A DNA stretch of 64,000 nucleotides, from the NCBI RefSeq assembly GCF_036971445.1, contig NC_091480.1, positions 87,110,001 through 87,174,000 on the forward strand, written 5' to 3'. Source of the stretch: Narcine bancroftii (lineage: Eukaryota). The stretch's first letter is position 1, and each line of letters begins with the position of its first letter. A program made the translations under genes and the position numbers. The notes beneath the pieces are model-generated. The model worked only from the letters and a program-made list of their open reading frames with translations, was not told the DNA's origin and made no database searches. This document shows, piece after piece, positions 24,620 to 38,441 of the stretch.

Positions 24620-24985
24620 GTATAAGATCAGAGGTAGATCCATCAAGTCTGCTCTACATACTAATCATGAGCTGATCCATTCCCCCATTCAGCCGCACTC
24701 CCTGGCTTTCTTCCTGTAACCCTTGATGCCCTGACTAATCAAATACCTGCCAATCTCTGTCTTTATAGAAACCCAACCACCTCACTTCCACAGCTGCTGC
24801 CCATGGCAACAAGTTCGTCTGAAATAAATACATGTTTTTGCATCTGTTTTAAATTGACACCCTTTTATCCTAAAGTTATGCCCTTCTGCCTTCGAATGCC
24901 CTACCATCTTTGTCTCATCAACTCTGTCCAGGCCTTTCAGCATTCAAAATGCCTCTGAGACCCCCCCCCTCATCCTTCTGTTCTA
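24620..24985 (-). mobile_element. CR1 LINE 3' end
   Basis: aatcatgagctgatccattcccc 3' UTR, shared with 9048-9080 and 37070-37110. Confidence 0.8.
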
Positions 24986-25584
24986 CAAGAGCATTCTTCG
25001 TACGCTGACCCCATGGACATAAGTGGAGTGATTGGAATGATCACAACACTCAAAGGTTTGAGTGTCCCCTGTATCATGTTTAAAAAAAGATACACTATTT
25101 GTAATTCTAATTTGATTAATGTTGTACCACAATATTATCTGATACTGAAATAACTCCAATCCCAACCTTTGCAAATCTTCTTCTCCAACATACCCAAAAT
25201 CAAAATCACATATTTTCAATTTCATACAAGGAATTTTCTTTTAAACTTTGTACTTGACTTTATTATTCTTCAAAGTAACAGTTTAAGATAATTATGTCCC
25301 ACTTAATGTATTTTTTATGGCAGATATGAAATTAATAATAGCCGAGTTCAGTTAAAGAAAATTAAATTGCATGCTTCAGCTGAAGGAAAAATCTAGAAGC
25401 AAGTCCCATCAGCCTACCCGTTGTGACATTTTTTTTTTCAGATTTTCTACTCCCATTCTTAAAATAAATTTACTGTGTGGATCAATATTCACGCATGTAT
25501 CTGGGATCACAGCTACTACAACCGTATGATTGCTTTCCTCAAGATAATTAATTGGCATTCCTCTCTGCATGGTCAGATGTCCAT

Positions 25585-26130
25585 TAAATACTCTAATATT
25601 CGGTCCAGGCACACTCCAACCAGATGGCATTAACACCAAATTCTCCGGTTCCCGTTATGCCTCTTCCCCGTCTCTCTCTTTCCCTATCCCATTGTCTCCT
25701 TGCCTCTCCATTCAAAGAGCTTCCCCCTATCGATTCACAGGATTTTATTTTGTCTCTCTTCTGCCCTCACACACATATCCACAAAAGACCTTGTTGGGCA
25801 CTACCAGTTGCCCCAATAGTTACAAGGACAAAGACTGAGGGGAACAATAGGCTTTATTGTACAGAAGACTTGAGCTGGCACAGATCCAAACTAGGGAAGG
25901 GAGAGGTGGTCTGACCTTTATGGCCTGGGTCCCAGGGGAGGAGTCCAGGTGAGTGTATCATCAGGGGGTGGGCCAGCACACACAATCCATACCATTACAG
26001 ACCTCTTGACTGTTGGCCTACTGCTTCTCCCTCTGCCCTTTCCTCCCTTCCTATGGATGCTGCGTAACCTGCTGAGTTTCTCCAGCACTTTTACATATTG
26101 CACTACAATCAGAGAGTCTGCAGACTTTCC
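25585..26130 (+). mobile_element. Penelope-like 3' fragment split by a solo LTR
   Basis: LIF..GTLQPDGIN..FS (typical Penelope C-terminus), followed by the gatgctgcgtaacctgctgagtttctccagcac tail. Confidence 0.75.
25792..25999 (-). mobile_element. Solo LTR (208 bp, Gypsy-like)
   Basis: TGT..ACA ends, perfect 5-bp TSD gacct (25787-25791 and 26000-26004), and AATAAA on the minus strand. Confidence 0.9.
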
Positions 26131-26595
26131 TCTTAACCCTATAAAATACACTTGCATATTCGGTTTTTGGTTTAAAACTGCATTGTTTAAAAAACTATAA
26201 AAGTATCGCAATATTACACAACTTGGTTTAAAAGTGGCACCAAAGTGTTTCAGAAACACTGGATACAACTCACTGCCTCTTGTCAAATTTCTGACAGCTG
26301 CAATGCTTCATCAGCCCCATCCCCCAAAGACACGCACACATTTCACTCCACTGGAGACGCTGCACTTTTAGTTCTTCTACAGAGTGGAGCGCCAAAATGA
26401 GGGGAAGCTACAGAGGTTGGTGCACCACATCATCTGCAAAGGAGTTGGGGATGGGAAGAATTATCAGGTCTCCCAAAGGATTCCCTGCACATGTCATTTG
26501 CCATGGAGCTCTCTGTTGGCATTAATATTGCCTGCAGCGGGGACCAATTTTAACTTCTTCATTCCTTCTCTCATTCTTGCCTTCACCTCCTAGTC

Positions 26596-26980
26596 CCCCT
26601 CCACCACTGCCCTCCTTTGGGCTGGCAGAACTTGTCATCACCTTCAATAACCTCCTCGGACTCATCCCACTTTCTCCAAGTCAAGTCAAAGAGGTAGGTA
26701 GCCATGGGTACCCACATGGGCCTTGCTATGCCCGTTGGCTACATGGAGCAATCCATGCTGCAGCCCGACACAGGCAACTCGACACCCTCAAATCTTCCTC
26801 TGCTACATCGACAACTGCTTTGCTGCTATTGCCTCATGTATCCATCGACTTTAATCACTTTGCTCCCTACTTCCACACTGACCTCGAACTCACTTGGCCC
26901 ATCTCAAGCAATCCATTCCCTTTTCTCGATCTCTCTTTCTCCATCTCACGAGACAAAATCTCGAAAGACATCTTCTAGGC
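26596..26980 (+). mobile_element. Penelope-like RT fragment
   Basis: LAELVITFNN..QVK.VAMGTHMG..VGYMEQSMLQ..YID.C, the Penelope RT core. Confidence 0.85.
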
Positions 26981-27930
26981 AAAAACCAGCTGCAGGATAT
27001 GCAAAGGATCTGAAGAATCGCTCTGCAAGATGCAGATCTGGGAGGCAAAGCTTGGCTGGACAAAACTGAATGTAGACTTATGAAGAGCTAAGAAGATGGG
27101 GAGGTACTCATTGGTTCAAAGGACAACATTCAAAAGTCCAGACACTCCAATGTTCTCGCTACTCTGTCCTCCAACCATACACACTCACACACATTCATCA
27201 TGGCTGTCCCAGTTCATTCATTCATTCATTCAGTTTTTCTGTTACTCCACTGGTCCCCTACATCATTCCATGAGCATAACACAGCACGATGACCACTGAA
27301 GTTATTTACAGTCGGCTAAGATTATTATCGACAGTTGAACAGTGCTACAGACCAAAGAGGACTCTTGAGAGTGAGATGAGAGTGAGATGAGGACCTGTTG
27401 AATGCTATTTGTATGCACTCCGATTCTATTCTCAAATGATCAAGGACCAATTGTAAAGGATATCTATGGCCCACCATGCAAGGCCTAAGTAGGCTTCAGA
27501 TGTGCCAGCAAAACTTGTAATCAGACACATCCTCAAAAGCTTGACTTCAATGAATATTTTTGGCTCTTGCCAAAGTGTCCAATGTTGGCACCTCATCCTC
27601 GATCATTAGTTTCACCACAAGCGGCATCTTAGCAGTAAGGAGTAGGCTGCAGTAGATTGCAAGAGTTCTCACTGCAGTTACGATTCATGCTGTAGTGGGG
27701 GAGGGGGGAGGGAGATGAGGGGGAGGAAACTACAGTTTCAGCTCCAAAAGACTTAATTACAAAAAGTTATTTTATTTGGCATAATGTAAATGAATTTCTC
27801 AACCCACAAGAGGAAGAAAATACTAAACTCCTCTTGGATTTAGACTGTTTTCCTGGTTAAACCAAGAAATACCAAAAGTGTTTTTTTTTTTAAATCATTT
27901 TAAGGTGTCAGCAACAATGTCCTGGATGTA

Positions 27931-29421
27931 TAGTAAAACCTCTGCTATCTGGAATTCAAGCGTGCGGGAAAATATATCAAGGAAAATAATGTTAAAAAAT
28001 AAAATAAATAAGAATAAAATAATAGGTAAAGAATATGCAAGTTTAAAATAGTAAAAGTCTGAAGTAACACACAAATCTTTGGTGAGGATGGAGGCGAATA
28101 TCAGCCAACAGAGGGCCTTGGTTGTGCTTTGCTCGTAGCAGCTGTTTGAATAAAGTTTCGTGAAACAGTAATGGCGTCGCCCAGAATGAAGAGCTGGTTG
28201 ATGCCCCTCACCAATGGGGGTGACTCTCTTAAAGCGTCTCCTTATCCCTGCTTCACAAGAGTCGCACCCCCCCCCCCCATCCCCATCAGAAGATGCTCCT
28301 GTGAACTTGGGGTGCTACATTTTGGAAAGGCAAATTTAAATAGGTCATATACATTGAATGATAGACAATTGAGGAGTGCAGAGCAACAAAGGGATTTAGG
28401 AGTTATGGTAAATAGTACCCTCAAGGCTGATACTCAGGTAGATGGTGTGGTGAAGAAGGCATTTGGAATGTTGGCCTTTATAAATCGGAGTATTGAATTC
28501 AAGAGTGGGGAGGTTATGATGAAATTGTTCAAGGCATTGGTGAGGCCAAATTTGGAGTACTATGTACAATTTTGGTCACCAAATTATAGGAAAGATATAA
28601 ACTAAATAGAGAGAGTGCAGAGAAGGTTCACGAGAATGTTGACAGAATTTCAGGGTCTGAGTTACAGGGAAAGGTTGTGCAGACTGGGGCTTTTTTCTCT
28701 GGAGCGTAGAAGATTGAGAGGGGACTTGATAGAGGTGTTTAAGATTTTAAAAGGGACAGACAGAGTAAATGTGGATAGGCTTTTTCAATTAAGAAAGGGG
28801 GAGATTCAAACTAGAGGACATGGTTTAAGATTGAAGGGGGAAAATTATAAGGGGAACATGAGGGGAAATTTCTTTACGCAGAGGGTGGTGGGGATGTGGA
28901 ATGAGCTTCCGGCAGACGTGGTCGAGGCGGGATCATTGGTTACATTTAAGGAAAGACTGGATCATTACATGGCTAGGAGAGGACTGGAGGGGTATGGACC
29001 GGGTGCTGGTCAGTGGGACTAGGAGGGTGAGGATTTGCTACGGCATGGACTAGTAGGGCCAAACTGGCCTGTTCTGTGCTGTAAGTGGTTATATGGTTAT
29101 TTAATTATCTATAGTGTTATTGTTCATGTTTCGGGCAGCTCCATGGAGGGGGAGGAACCTGCAGATGCAGCAATGGTTATATGTTTTCAAAGAATGTGAC
29201 TGAAAATAAAGTAAAATGCTTCAAGCTTTATATATTCAAGCAAATGAAGTTTGTTCAGTGTAAGGGCAGTCAAATATTTTTTCTTTTGTCTTTTTAAACT
29301 GCTTATTCTTAATGCAGGTGTATTAGTTAGGCATTGTAAGAGTGAGTCTTAAGCAACCAGAAAATTCACTTACCCAGCATCTACCAATCCCCATAGGTGC
29401 CAGATACCAGGGATTTTACTG
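27931..29421 (+). mobile_element. pogo/Tigger-like MITE with a CR1 inserted
   Basis: TIRs TA|tagtaaaacctctgctatctgg / ccagataccagggattttactg; homologous to 16633-17285. Confidence 0.8.
28305..29100 (+). mobile_element. CR1 LINE 3' end, young
   Basis: VLHFGKAN..QRDLGV..LVRPNLEYYVQFWSPNYRKDI; QRRFTRML..LERRRLRGDLIEVFKI..FFTQRVVGMWNELP; (ggttatat)n tail. Confidence 0.97.
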
Positions 29422-30949
29422 CGATTATTATACATCTTTAAAAAATCATGGCAGGTCATGATGGGTCTGGAACTGCTTCGTTTCTTGTGGCTCCATAATG
29501 ACACTTGCTATGAATTTTGATAACACTGACCAAATGATAATGAAAAAACTCTGATAAAGGACAGCAGCTCGCTCATATCAGCCATGTGAGCCCTGGACTT
29601 TTAAAGAAATCACCTCTCAGACCCTCCATCAGATCAGATGTGGGAATGGGCATCTGTTGATTTCATCTCTGTTCATCAAGGATAAAATGAGGATGTGTGT
29701 GTGCCTTCCAAAATAACTTTGCTCTGGCAGTTATTAATCCTAAAGTGTTTCTATGCATTTTAAATTAATTACTGTCAATATTTGTTTTAAACTTGTTTAA
29801 TTCAATGTTAAAATATCCCTGAATATCAGAGACAATTACAAAGTATAAAACTGATTACAAGACTGACATTATCCGAGAAAGCAAAGCTGTAGTTCAGAGA
29901 TATCTGCTCAGTTCAAGGATGTGGAGAGCCAGTAAAAATTGGCTTTTCATGTCCAAATCACGGCAGTGATTTCAGGCAAAAGATCATGTCCAGCAACATC
30001 CAGCTGTAATCTACATCAGACAGTGTGCGACATCTCTTGGCCATTTGATTATCATTCATTATAGTTCTGCGGTTGGAAAACACCATTCCCGGACTGAAGA
30101 TCAATGTCATATTAAAAAGTCAATGCTAACGAAACACAAAAGTCGCTGGATTTGAGGTCAGCCATCTCATTGAATCATCCTTTTTGCATGCCATTTTCAT
30201 GGCCCCAGAGGCAATGATTGCTCACTTGTAGCTTATTCAAGCAGGTACAATGCCATTTTGGCACACTGTTCAATAATAGATAGATATAATGGGCTGAAAT
30301 CCATTCTGTGGCAATAGAATTCTACAATAGTGATGCTACGGAGTACAATTCAACTCTTTCCAAAGAGAGCATTCAAATGAGAAATTGCTGAGAGTTTTTA
30401 ATTTTATGCACAAGCTAACGTGCAGAGATCAAATCCCTTGATGTGCTTCTTAAACACAATAATCAACTAGATTGTAGTGCAAGACACAAAGTGTTGGGGA
30501 AACTCAGCAGCTCATGCAGCAAAGGGATATAATGAACAATTCGGGCCAACTAGACTGTTAATTTTTAGAGTATATTAGAATAGCACACATCAATTTGATG
30601 AAACAGTATGAACAAGTGCAAAATGACTCTAGATGTTGTTCACTTGATAACGCTTATTTCCTCTTACAGGTCCCTTTTGAGGAGTTGCTATTCAGAAGGC
30701 AGGCTTCAAATGCTGAAATTCCAATGAATAATGCATTAAGACTGGCTTGTTTGACGATATCATGAGATCTATTACTAGAATCACTTCCACCTCACAGCAA
30801 TTGGAGAATCATATCCAGTGCATTTAAATAAATATCAAGTTTGTGCACATTAAAAACTGACAGCCCAGAGAAGTAAGATGGTCCTGGGTACATAAAGGAA
30901 TGCAACATAGTGCACTTCCACAAATCCAATTAAAAGTCCTTCAGAGCCA

Positions 30950-31135
30950 GAAACAGGAGAAGCCAATAGGCCTGCTCTGGCATTCAGTAAGATCTTGAAT
31001 CTCGCTCCAATATCAACATTCATGGCCATAGATGCATTCCACAACTGAGCAAGGTGGAGAATTCCAAACACTCGCAATGCTCTGGAATAAAGGCATTTTT
31101 CATTTTAGTCCACAAAGCCCTGCCCTTAGATAAAG
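30950..31135 (-). mobile_element. CR1 3' fragment, old
   Basis: gaagccaataggcct..cattcagtaagatc; gaattccaaacactcgcaatgctctgg. Confidence 0.55.
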
Positions 31136-33744
31136 TCTCCCCCACCTCAAGTTTGAGCCTCTGTAAACCCTCAACGTAGAAATCAGTTTGGAAAATCAAC
31201 CAACTCCCATCCTTACGATGAAGTTGCATGCAATATTCAGATGTAGCCTCACCAAGACTAGACATTTGCATCAAGTTCCAGTGCTAGAAGTGCTTGGCAC
31301 CGAGATGGTATGGCACTGAGAAGGGGAAGTGGTGCTGATGGATGTAGGGTGAATTGGAACAGAAAAGGTGGTCTCAAATCTCTTGGAGAGGGGCTCACAA
31401 TCAGAAGTTGAGGAAAAGGAGGGAATGGAAACACTGGTGACTGGGTGTCAAAGCTGGGAAAGGGATGAATCCAGCATGAAGACAACTCTTAAAAGAGAGG
31501 ATATGTCAAGAAGATCATGAATACCTCAAGCTGCTCAGTAACTTACTCAGTGAAAGCAGGCTTCACAAAGCAGAAATAACATTAAAATTAAGACACAATT
31601 CGGAGTACGGGCCCCGTACCATTCACATAAACCACACGCACAGGAAAACTTGACATTGGTGGCATCAAAACATGCCAAAACACATCAAGTTTCTCATCTC
31701 TCCAATACATCCCCTTTTCTATTTATATATTCCTCACCTGTATTAGACCATCAGTTTAGTTCCTTAGGATTTGGAGATATTTACAATTTTTTTCACTGTC
31801 GAAAGACACAAAATACTTGTTGAATGTGTCAGCCATTTATTTTGTCATCCATTACAAGGTTACCCCTCTGACTCTGTTTTTATAATTACACATGGAAGAT
31901 ATCACAATATTTCATTTTTTTTTAATTTCCTGCTTTTAGATCATCTAAGGCTGGTTTCTAAATCTCAATTTTCAGTTTTAGCACTTTAAGGTATCTGTAA
32001 ATTCCTTTCAACACTTCTCAATATTGTCTGTTCTGTGTGAATATTCTCACTTTTCATACAAAATCTTATTTCTTGTTGGAATAAATATTCATCAGACATA
32101 CCTTGGAATTAAAGGCTTTGAACGGATTTCAATTGGCCCAAAAGGGCAGATTGTGCTGTTATTCCTATTGGGTTAAGCAATTGGATCTAATTAACTGTTA
32201 TCAATTTTACATTTCTTGAAATTAAACCAATTAAAATAAGCAGGATTATTATTTTGGGCTATTTATAGAAATGAAAAACTGAGTTTCCACATAAAGTTAA
32301 TCAATCCAATGGAAAATAAACCATAAAGGATATTAGAACAGGCATTGTTCCTAGTACATTAAAGCAGAAAAATCTCAATTGCATATGAAATTTGGCAGCC
32401 TAGTTTAACCATCCTCATCATCCTTGAGCATTCACCATCTCGGAGGGGGCTTTTTCTTTCTATCCTTACCTTTTGGCCAGAGCATGTTGATTCTATGCTA
32501 TCCTTTAAAAAAGATGTGCTTTTCACTAAATCTCAACGTACATGGAAATAATAATAAATCTAAATCAATCCTACCTAAACCATCCTCTCTCAAAAAAATA
32601 AATTGGAAGCTTCAAAATTACAAGACTATGAACAGTTTGAAATGTTATCGTTGACATTCTTTGCGTTGATCATGACCGAAGTCTAGTTGGTTCTAGAGAG
32701 AAATGGTCCTTTCATGTTGAACAAGGCATAGAGACTGGTTTATGGAGCAACACCATTCTTGTGTTGGTTCAATTCATTATCTGCCATCAAAACCATTTGA
32801 TTTCTCTGTACGTTCACAATGGAATTGATAGATAATTAAGAAAAAGAACAAACTACCTTTATCTAAAGGGTTTAAAGAAAGATTTTGACTACCTTTTATT
32901 ATTTAATTGTGGTACTTCAAATGGTGCAAATTTTAAAAATAGATCCTCGACAATAGCGTGCCATAATCAGAGCTCTGCACACTGAGCTTCAACAAAGGAT
33001 AACATTTCTGTTAAATAAAACATAGTATTCAATGTTTTCATAGTATTGACAATATTCAAACATAGAATTCAAACTCCTCAATAACTCCTCCTGTGACTCA
33101 TCCCACTTTCTCCAAGTCAAAGGGCTGGCAATGGGGATCTTCATGGGGCCCCAGCTATGCCTGCCTTTTTGTTGACTATGTGGAGCAGCCCACGTTACAG
33201 GCCTGCACAGGCAAAGTTCCTCAACTCTTCCTCTGTTACATTGACAACTGCATTGGTACTGCCTCATGCACCTATGATGAGCTCATCTACTTTATCCACA
33301 CTGCTGCCAACCTCCACCCCACCCTTAAATTCACTTGGTCCACCTCTAGCAACGCTCTCCCCTTGCTTAATCTCCCTGTCCCCATCTCAGTAAACACTTA
33401 ACAGATATTTTCTACAAACCTAGCAACTTGCACAGTTACCTCAACTGCATCTCTTCACACCCTGTCCTCTGTACGGATTCTATTCCTCTCTGACAATTCC
33501 TCTTTCCCAATCGGATCTGCTCCCAAGACAAGGTCTTCTGAAATGTCCTCCTTCTTCAAAAAACATGACTTCTCTTCTGCTACAATCAATTCAGCCCTCA
33601 CCCACATATCCTCCATTTCCTGCATATCTGTCCTGGCCTACTCTGCACTCAGATGAAACAAGAATCAGGTTCCCCTTGTCCTTACCAGCCCCCACATTCA
33701 ACATATCTTCTGCAGTTTCTGAGTAAGATAGCCTGAAGAAGGCT

Positions 33745-34315
33745 ATCATTCATTTCAAGAGAAATAGGAGAGCAGTGATTTGATGTTGACGCTTTATAAG
33801 GCACTAGTGAGACCTCACGGAGCAAATTTAAGCTCCTTATTTTAGAAAGGATATGCAGACATTGGAGAGGGTTCAAAGGAGGTTCACAAGGATGCTTCCT
33901 TGAATTAAAGGTTTTTCATACAAGGAGCATTTGACGGCTCTTGGCCTGCACTAGTAGAATAAAGAGGGATCTCATTGAAACATTTTGGGAAACAACTTTC
34001 AACATTCTATGGTGGAGAGTCAAGGACAAGAAGGAACACCTTCAAGATGGAAGGGTTTGTGCTTAGAACAGAGACGTGGAGGTATTTTTTCAGTCACCAG
34101 GTGGAAAACCTGTGGAATTTGTTGCCATAGGCCACTGTGGAAGCTAGGACATTGGGTGTATTTAAGGCAAAGATTAATAGAATCTTGATTATACAGGGCA
34201 TCAAAGGTTAAGGGAAGGAGGCTGGGCAGTGGGAAAATGGATCAGCTCATGATTAAATGAGATGGCACATGATGGGCTGAATAGCCTATTTCTGGCCCTG
34301 TGCCTTATGGTCATA
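33745..34315 (+). mobile_element. CR1 LINE 3' fragment nested in the Penelope element
   Basis: tttataaggcactagtgagacctcac..agaaaggatatgc..ttggagagggttcaaaggaggttcacaagg; tail ccttatggtcatatgg. Confidence 0.88.
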
Positions 34316-34599
34316 TGGAGATCCTGCCACCAGACATATCTTCCCTCTCATCCTCTCCTACTTGCTCTGCCTTCCGCAGGGACAGCTCCCTCGGTGACCC
34401 CCTTGACCATTCAGCCTTTCCCACAAATCTCCCCCTTATTTCTTACTCCTGTAATGACAGGAAATGCTGCGCTTGCACCCACGCTACCCAAACGGTCCTT
34501 CCAAGAGAATCAACACTTCACTTGTGAATCTGCAAGGGTCATCTACTGCATCCAGTGCCCTCATTGTGGTTACCTTTACTCTGGCCACTTTAACAAAGA

Positions 34600-35515
34600 A
34601 AACCTACAGTACAAGACACACCCTTCAGCCCACAAAGTTGTGCCGATCATGTCCCTACCTTAGAAATTACTAGACTTATCCATAACCTCCTATTTTTCTA
34701 AGCTTCATGTATCTGTGCAAAAGTATCTGAAAAGGACCCATCATCTTCGTCTCCACTATAGTTGTCGACATCCATTCCACACACCCACCACTTTGTGTAA
34801 ATAAATGACCCTTGACATCTCATCTGTACCTACTCCCCAACACCTTGAACAAGTGTCCTCTTGTGGCAACCATTTCAGCCCTGGGAAAAAGCCTCTGACT
34901 ATCAACATGATCAATGCCTCTCATCACCTTATACACCTCTCATCCTCTACTGCTCCAAGGAGAAAAGGCTGAGTTCACTCAACCTGATTTAATAAGACAT
35001 GCTCCCTAAACCAGGCAACATCTTAGTAAATCTCCTCTGCACCCTTTCTAGGGCTTCCACATCCTCTGGTAGGGAGGTGACCAGATCTGTGCACAGTACT
35101 CCAAGTGGGGTCTGACCAGGGTCCTATATAGCTGCAACATTACCTCTCGGTTCCTAAATTCAATTCCACGATTAATAAAGGCCAATACACTGCATCCTTT
35201 CTTAACCACAATCACCTGCGCAGCTGCTTTGAGCATTCTATGGACTCGAACCCCAAGATCCCTCTGATCCTCCACACTGCCAAGTCTTTCCCTGAATGTT
35301 ATATTCGGCCGTCACATTTGACCTACCAAAATGAACTACTTCACACCCATCTGGAATGAACTCCATCTGCCACTTCTCAGCCCGGTTTTGCATCTTATCA
35401 ATGTCCCACTGTAACCTCTGACAGTCCTCCACACTATTCACAACACCCCCAATCTTTGTGTCATCTGCAAACTTACAAACCCTCCCTCCACTTCCTCATC
35501 CAGGTCATTTAGAAA
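34600..35515 (-). mobile_element. CR1 LINE 3' fragment nested in the Penelope element
   Basis: AEKWQMEF..CEVVHFGRSN; QRDLGVRVH..LYRTLVRPHLEYCAQIWSP. Confidence 0.92.
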
Positions 35516-37670
35516 TAGCACTGATCTCCCAACGGACAACCCATTTCAATTCTCCGCCCCATTCCCATATGTCTGTCCAGGGTCCCATTCCCTGCCAAAC
35601 TGCAAATTGGACTCAGTCTGGGCATCTTCCAACCATATGGGGTTAACATCGATTTCTTCGGTTTCCATAACACATCCCACCCAGTCCCCCCCCCCCACCT
35701 CTCTCTCTTTCCCTATCCCTGTGTTTCCTTTCCTCCAATTCTGTATTCACAGAGCAAACCCCCTCCCCCCCAGTCAATTCTGTCTACCTATGACTTCTTG
35801 GCTATTGACCTATGCTACTCTCCCCCGTCCTTCCCTTCTCTCTCAGCCTTTGCACGCTTATACCTTGAAGGGCTCAGGCCTGAAACATAGGTTATATATC
35901 TCTGCCTCCTATGGTCGCTGCGGGACGTGCTGAGTTTCTTTACCACTTTTGTCTATTAAGTAGAATCACAGCTTCTGCAGACGTTCCTGTCTCACTGTAT
36001 TCAAATCTGTACTCGCGCTAGATTTAAAGGCAAACTGAGAGTAGTTCATCTCCAATTATTGCATCAGTGCTTTGAGGCACCCTTCCCCCCAATGAGATAT
36101 GGTTCCGTTTGAAATGTTCTAGCTTTCTCAAGTATACTGTTCAAGTAAGCACAGAATTTGGTGCTGTCAAACTTAAAGCATCTCCTTCAGCAAAATAGCA
36201 GCAAATTCCCTTTCCAGGCACTTGTAAAAATCTCAATATGCACAGGAAAATACCTCAGCATATTTCAATATTTTTTTTCCCCCTGCATTGGACCGACGCT
36301 GAAACACCTCTGTATCACAATCAATAAGTGGTAGGAGGCTGAAAATTAGCAACTCTAAAGGTCAAAAACAGGATTTATTTTTGTGTAGTTGATAGTAATT
36401 ACTCACGTGTCAGTCTGAAAGATTCAACAGTGCCCTCTGGGAACTGTAGATTGAATGTGGAAAAAAAAATGCTCTTGTTCAGGTAAATCAAGGGAGGTCA
36501 TGAGAGACGACAAACTGAGCTAAATCAATTCTTCATTTTGTTATGCTTGTGTGGCTTCTTACAATTCTCATCTCTTTTCCGGACAGCTTTTGTAAACTTG
36601 CAGTGGGCAAGTCAGTGCAGTGTAAGGAGCTACATTTTCTCAGGCTGTTGACAAAAATCAGAAATAAAAAGAACCATCTCAAAATCCCCAAACACTTACA
36701 AGTTTAGCCTGGTGATTGACACACACAAGTGGCTGAAATCTGTCAAGCTGATGTAATCCTTCCAGTCAAGCATTAACACTCTCTGGAGTTGCTCCACAAG
36801 CTTAGCACATCCTCCACTTTATTTTCCTGAATGCATTCAAATTGCCTTCAAGCCTTCTCTCAATAGCACACCCCTCTCTTCATTGTACGCTGCTCATTAA
36901 GACTTTTTAGTTGGGAAGTAAAGCTGCAACGCTTTTCTAAAGTTATTTCATTAGCAAAATTGGACTAGATGATCCAATCAAAGCTCAAAGAGAATCTTTT
37001 GCAGACTCTTTGACCACAAGGTATAGGAGCCAAAGTAGGCCATTCAGCCCATCTTGTCTGCTCTGCCATTCCATTATGAACTGATCCATTCTCCCACTCG
37101 ACCCCAGTCTTCTGCCTTCACTCTATAATATTTGATATCCTGATTATTCAGCTATCTATCAATCCCTACCTTAAATAGACCCAATGGCTTGGCATTCACA
37201 GCCACCCGTGTCAGCAAATTACCGCTCTCTAGTAAAATAAACTCTTCCACATCAATGTTTTAAATGGCTGCCCTTCAATCCTGAAGTTGTGCCCCCAACT
37301 CCAAGGCTCCCTACCATGGGAAATAACTTTGCCACATCCACTCTGTCCAGGCTTTTCAACATTCAAAATACTTCTTTGAGGTCCCGCCTCATTCATCTGA
37401 ACTTCAAGAGCGGTCAAACATTCCTCAAGTGCTAATCCCTTAATTCCAGGAATCATTCTTGTGAATCTTCTCTGAACCCTCTCCAAAGGCAGTACATCCT
37501 TTCTTAAATAAAGAGCCCAAACCTGCACCTCATATGCCAAAATGAACAATGCCTTATAACGTCTCAATGTCACATCCCTGCACTTGTATCCTATTCCCCT
37601 AGATAGACAATTGCCAACATTGCATTCGCCTTCTTCACCACTGACTCAACCTGGAGGTTAACCTCTAGGG

Positions 37671-38441
37671 CAGGGGTGTCAAACTCAAATTCACAGAGGG
37701 CCAAAATTAAAAACTTGGACTAAGTCGTGTGCCAAACTAAATATTTATTGAAAATTTTCAACAACATCTGCATGTTTTCTCTTCTTTCAACATATGTAAC
37801 GTTAAACTTTTTCTTATTAAAATAAATGTTTAATAATAGTTTTGGTTAAACTCTTTCCAAAAGAAGCATTAACAAATGAGAAATAAAATATTCAATAAAT
37901 AATATTTCTCTATAGCCTTTAAGCTCCTTTTAAATGTTTTTTTTTTCACAAGCCAACAAGTCAAAAAAATAACAACTTGCTTCATTGAAAATCCAATCTT
38001 TCAACTATGAACAGTCCAAAGTTAACCAAAGAAAATATGAATCCAAGCTTAGCTTGCTACACTGTGATTTACTCTGATGCGCCTGGGTCTAAACCAGATA
38101 CTTGTTCATCAAACTCTGGGGTCAGAGTTTGCCTCCCACCTGTCTTGAAAGGTCCTGTTTTCTTTCGTTTGGCCATTTTTCGTAAGGGGTTTATTACATG
38201 TGAGTTAGGCGACAGGTCGCAGATGCTAACGAAAGTAAAAAGAGGAGGTAGGAGCGATTAGCGGGCCGACGCCAACGCATTTGCAAAGCATTCTGGGATT
38301 TGTAGTATTAGCTGTGCACGCGCTATACTGGCGCGGCGGCCAGCGGGCCAGCTCTAATACATATTTGATATGATCTTGCGAGCCAAATATAATTATATCA
38401 CAAGCCAAAATTGGCTCGCGGGCCTGAGTTTGACATGTGTG
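37671..38441 (-). mobile_element. hAT Charlie-group internal-deletion derivative (771 bp)
   Basis: TIRs caggggtgtcaaactca / tgagtttgacatgtgtg and a perfect 8-bp TSD ctctaggg (37663-37670 and 38442-38449). Minus-strand remnants MAKRK/ENRTFQDRWEA and TLTPEFDE/QVSGLDPGASE*. Confidence 0.93.
38288..38306 (-). promoter_or_regulatory. ZNF143/Staf-THAP11-type motif in the hAT promoter region
   Basis: Minus strand ACTACAAATCCCAGAATGC fits ACTACAnnTCCCAnnATGC, ~110 bp upstream of the transposase ATG (38176). Confidence 0.6.

Larger units (their letters stand above)
33050..35998 (+). mobile_element. Penelope-like element (RT, GIY-YIG, 3' end) split by two CR1 insertions
   Basis: RT GPSYACLFVDYVEQ..LFLCYIDNCIG..LKFTWS (33093-33401); GIY-YIG FTCESARVIYCIQCPHCGYLY (34515-34580); C-terminus and tail at 35515-35998. 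Confidence 0.88.

Noticed and set aside
24983-25225. Minus-strand peptide MKLKICDFDFG resembling a kinase DFG/MNK-type motif
   Set aside because: No other kinase motifs, no good splice acceptor upstream, and an AT-rich low-complexity context; likely chance.
30670-30765. Strong acceptor tttcctcttacag followed by VPFEELLFRRQAS..
   Set aside because: No convincing donor and an unrecognised peptide.
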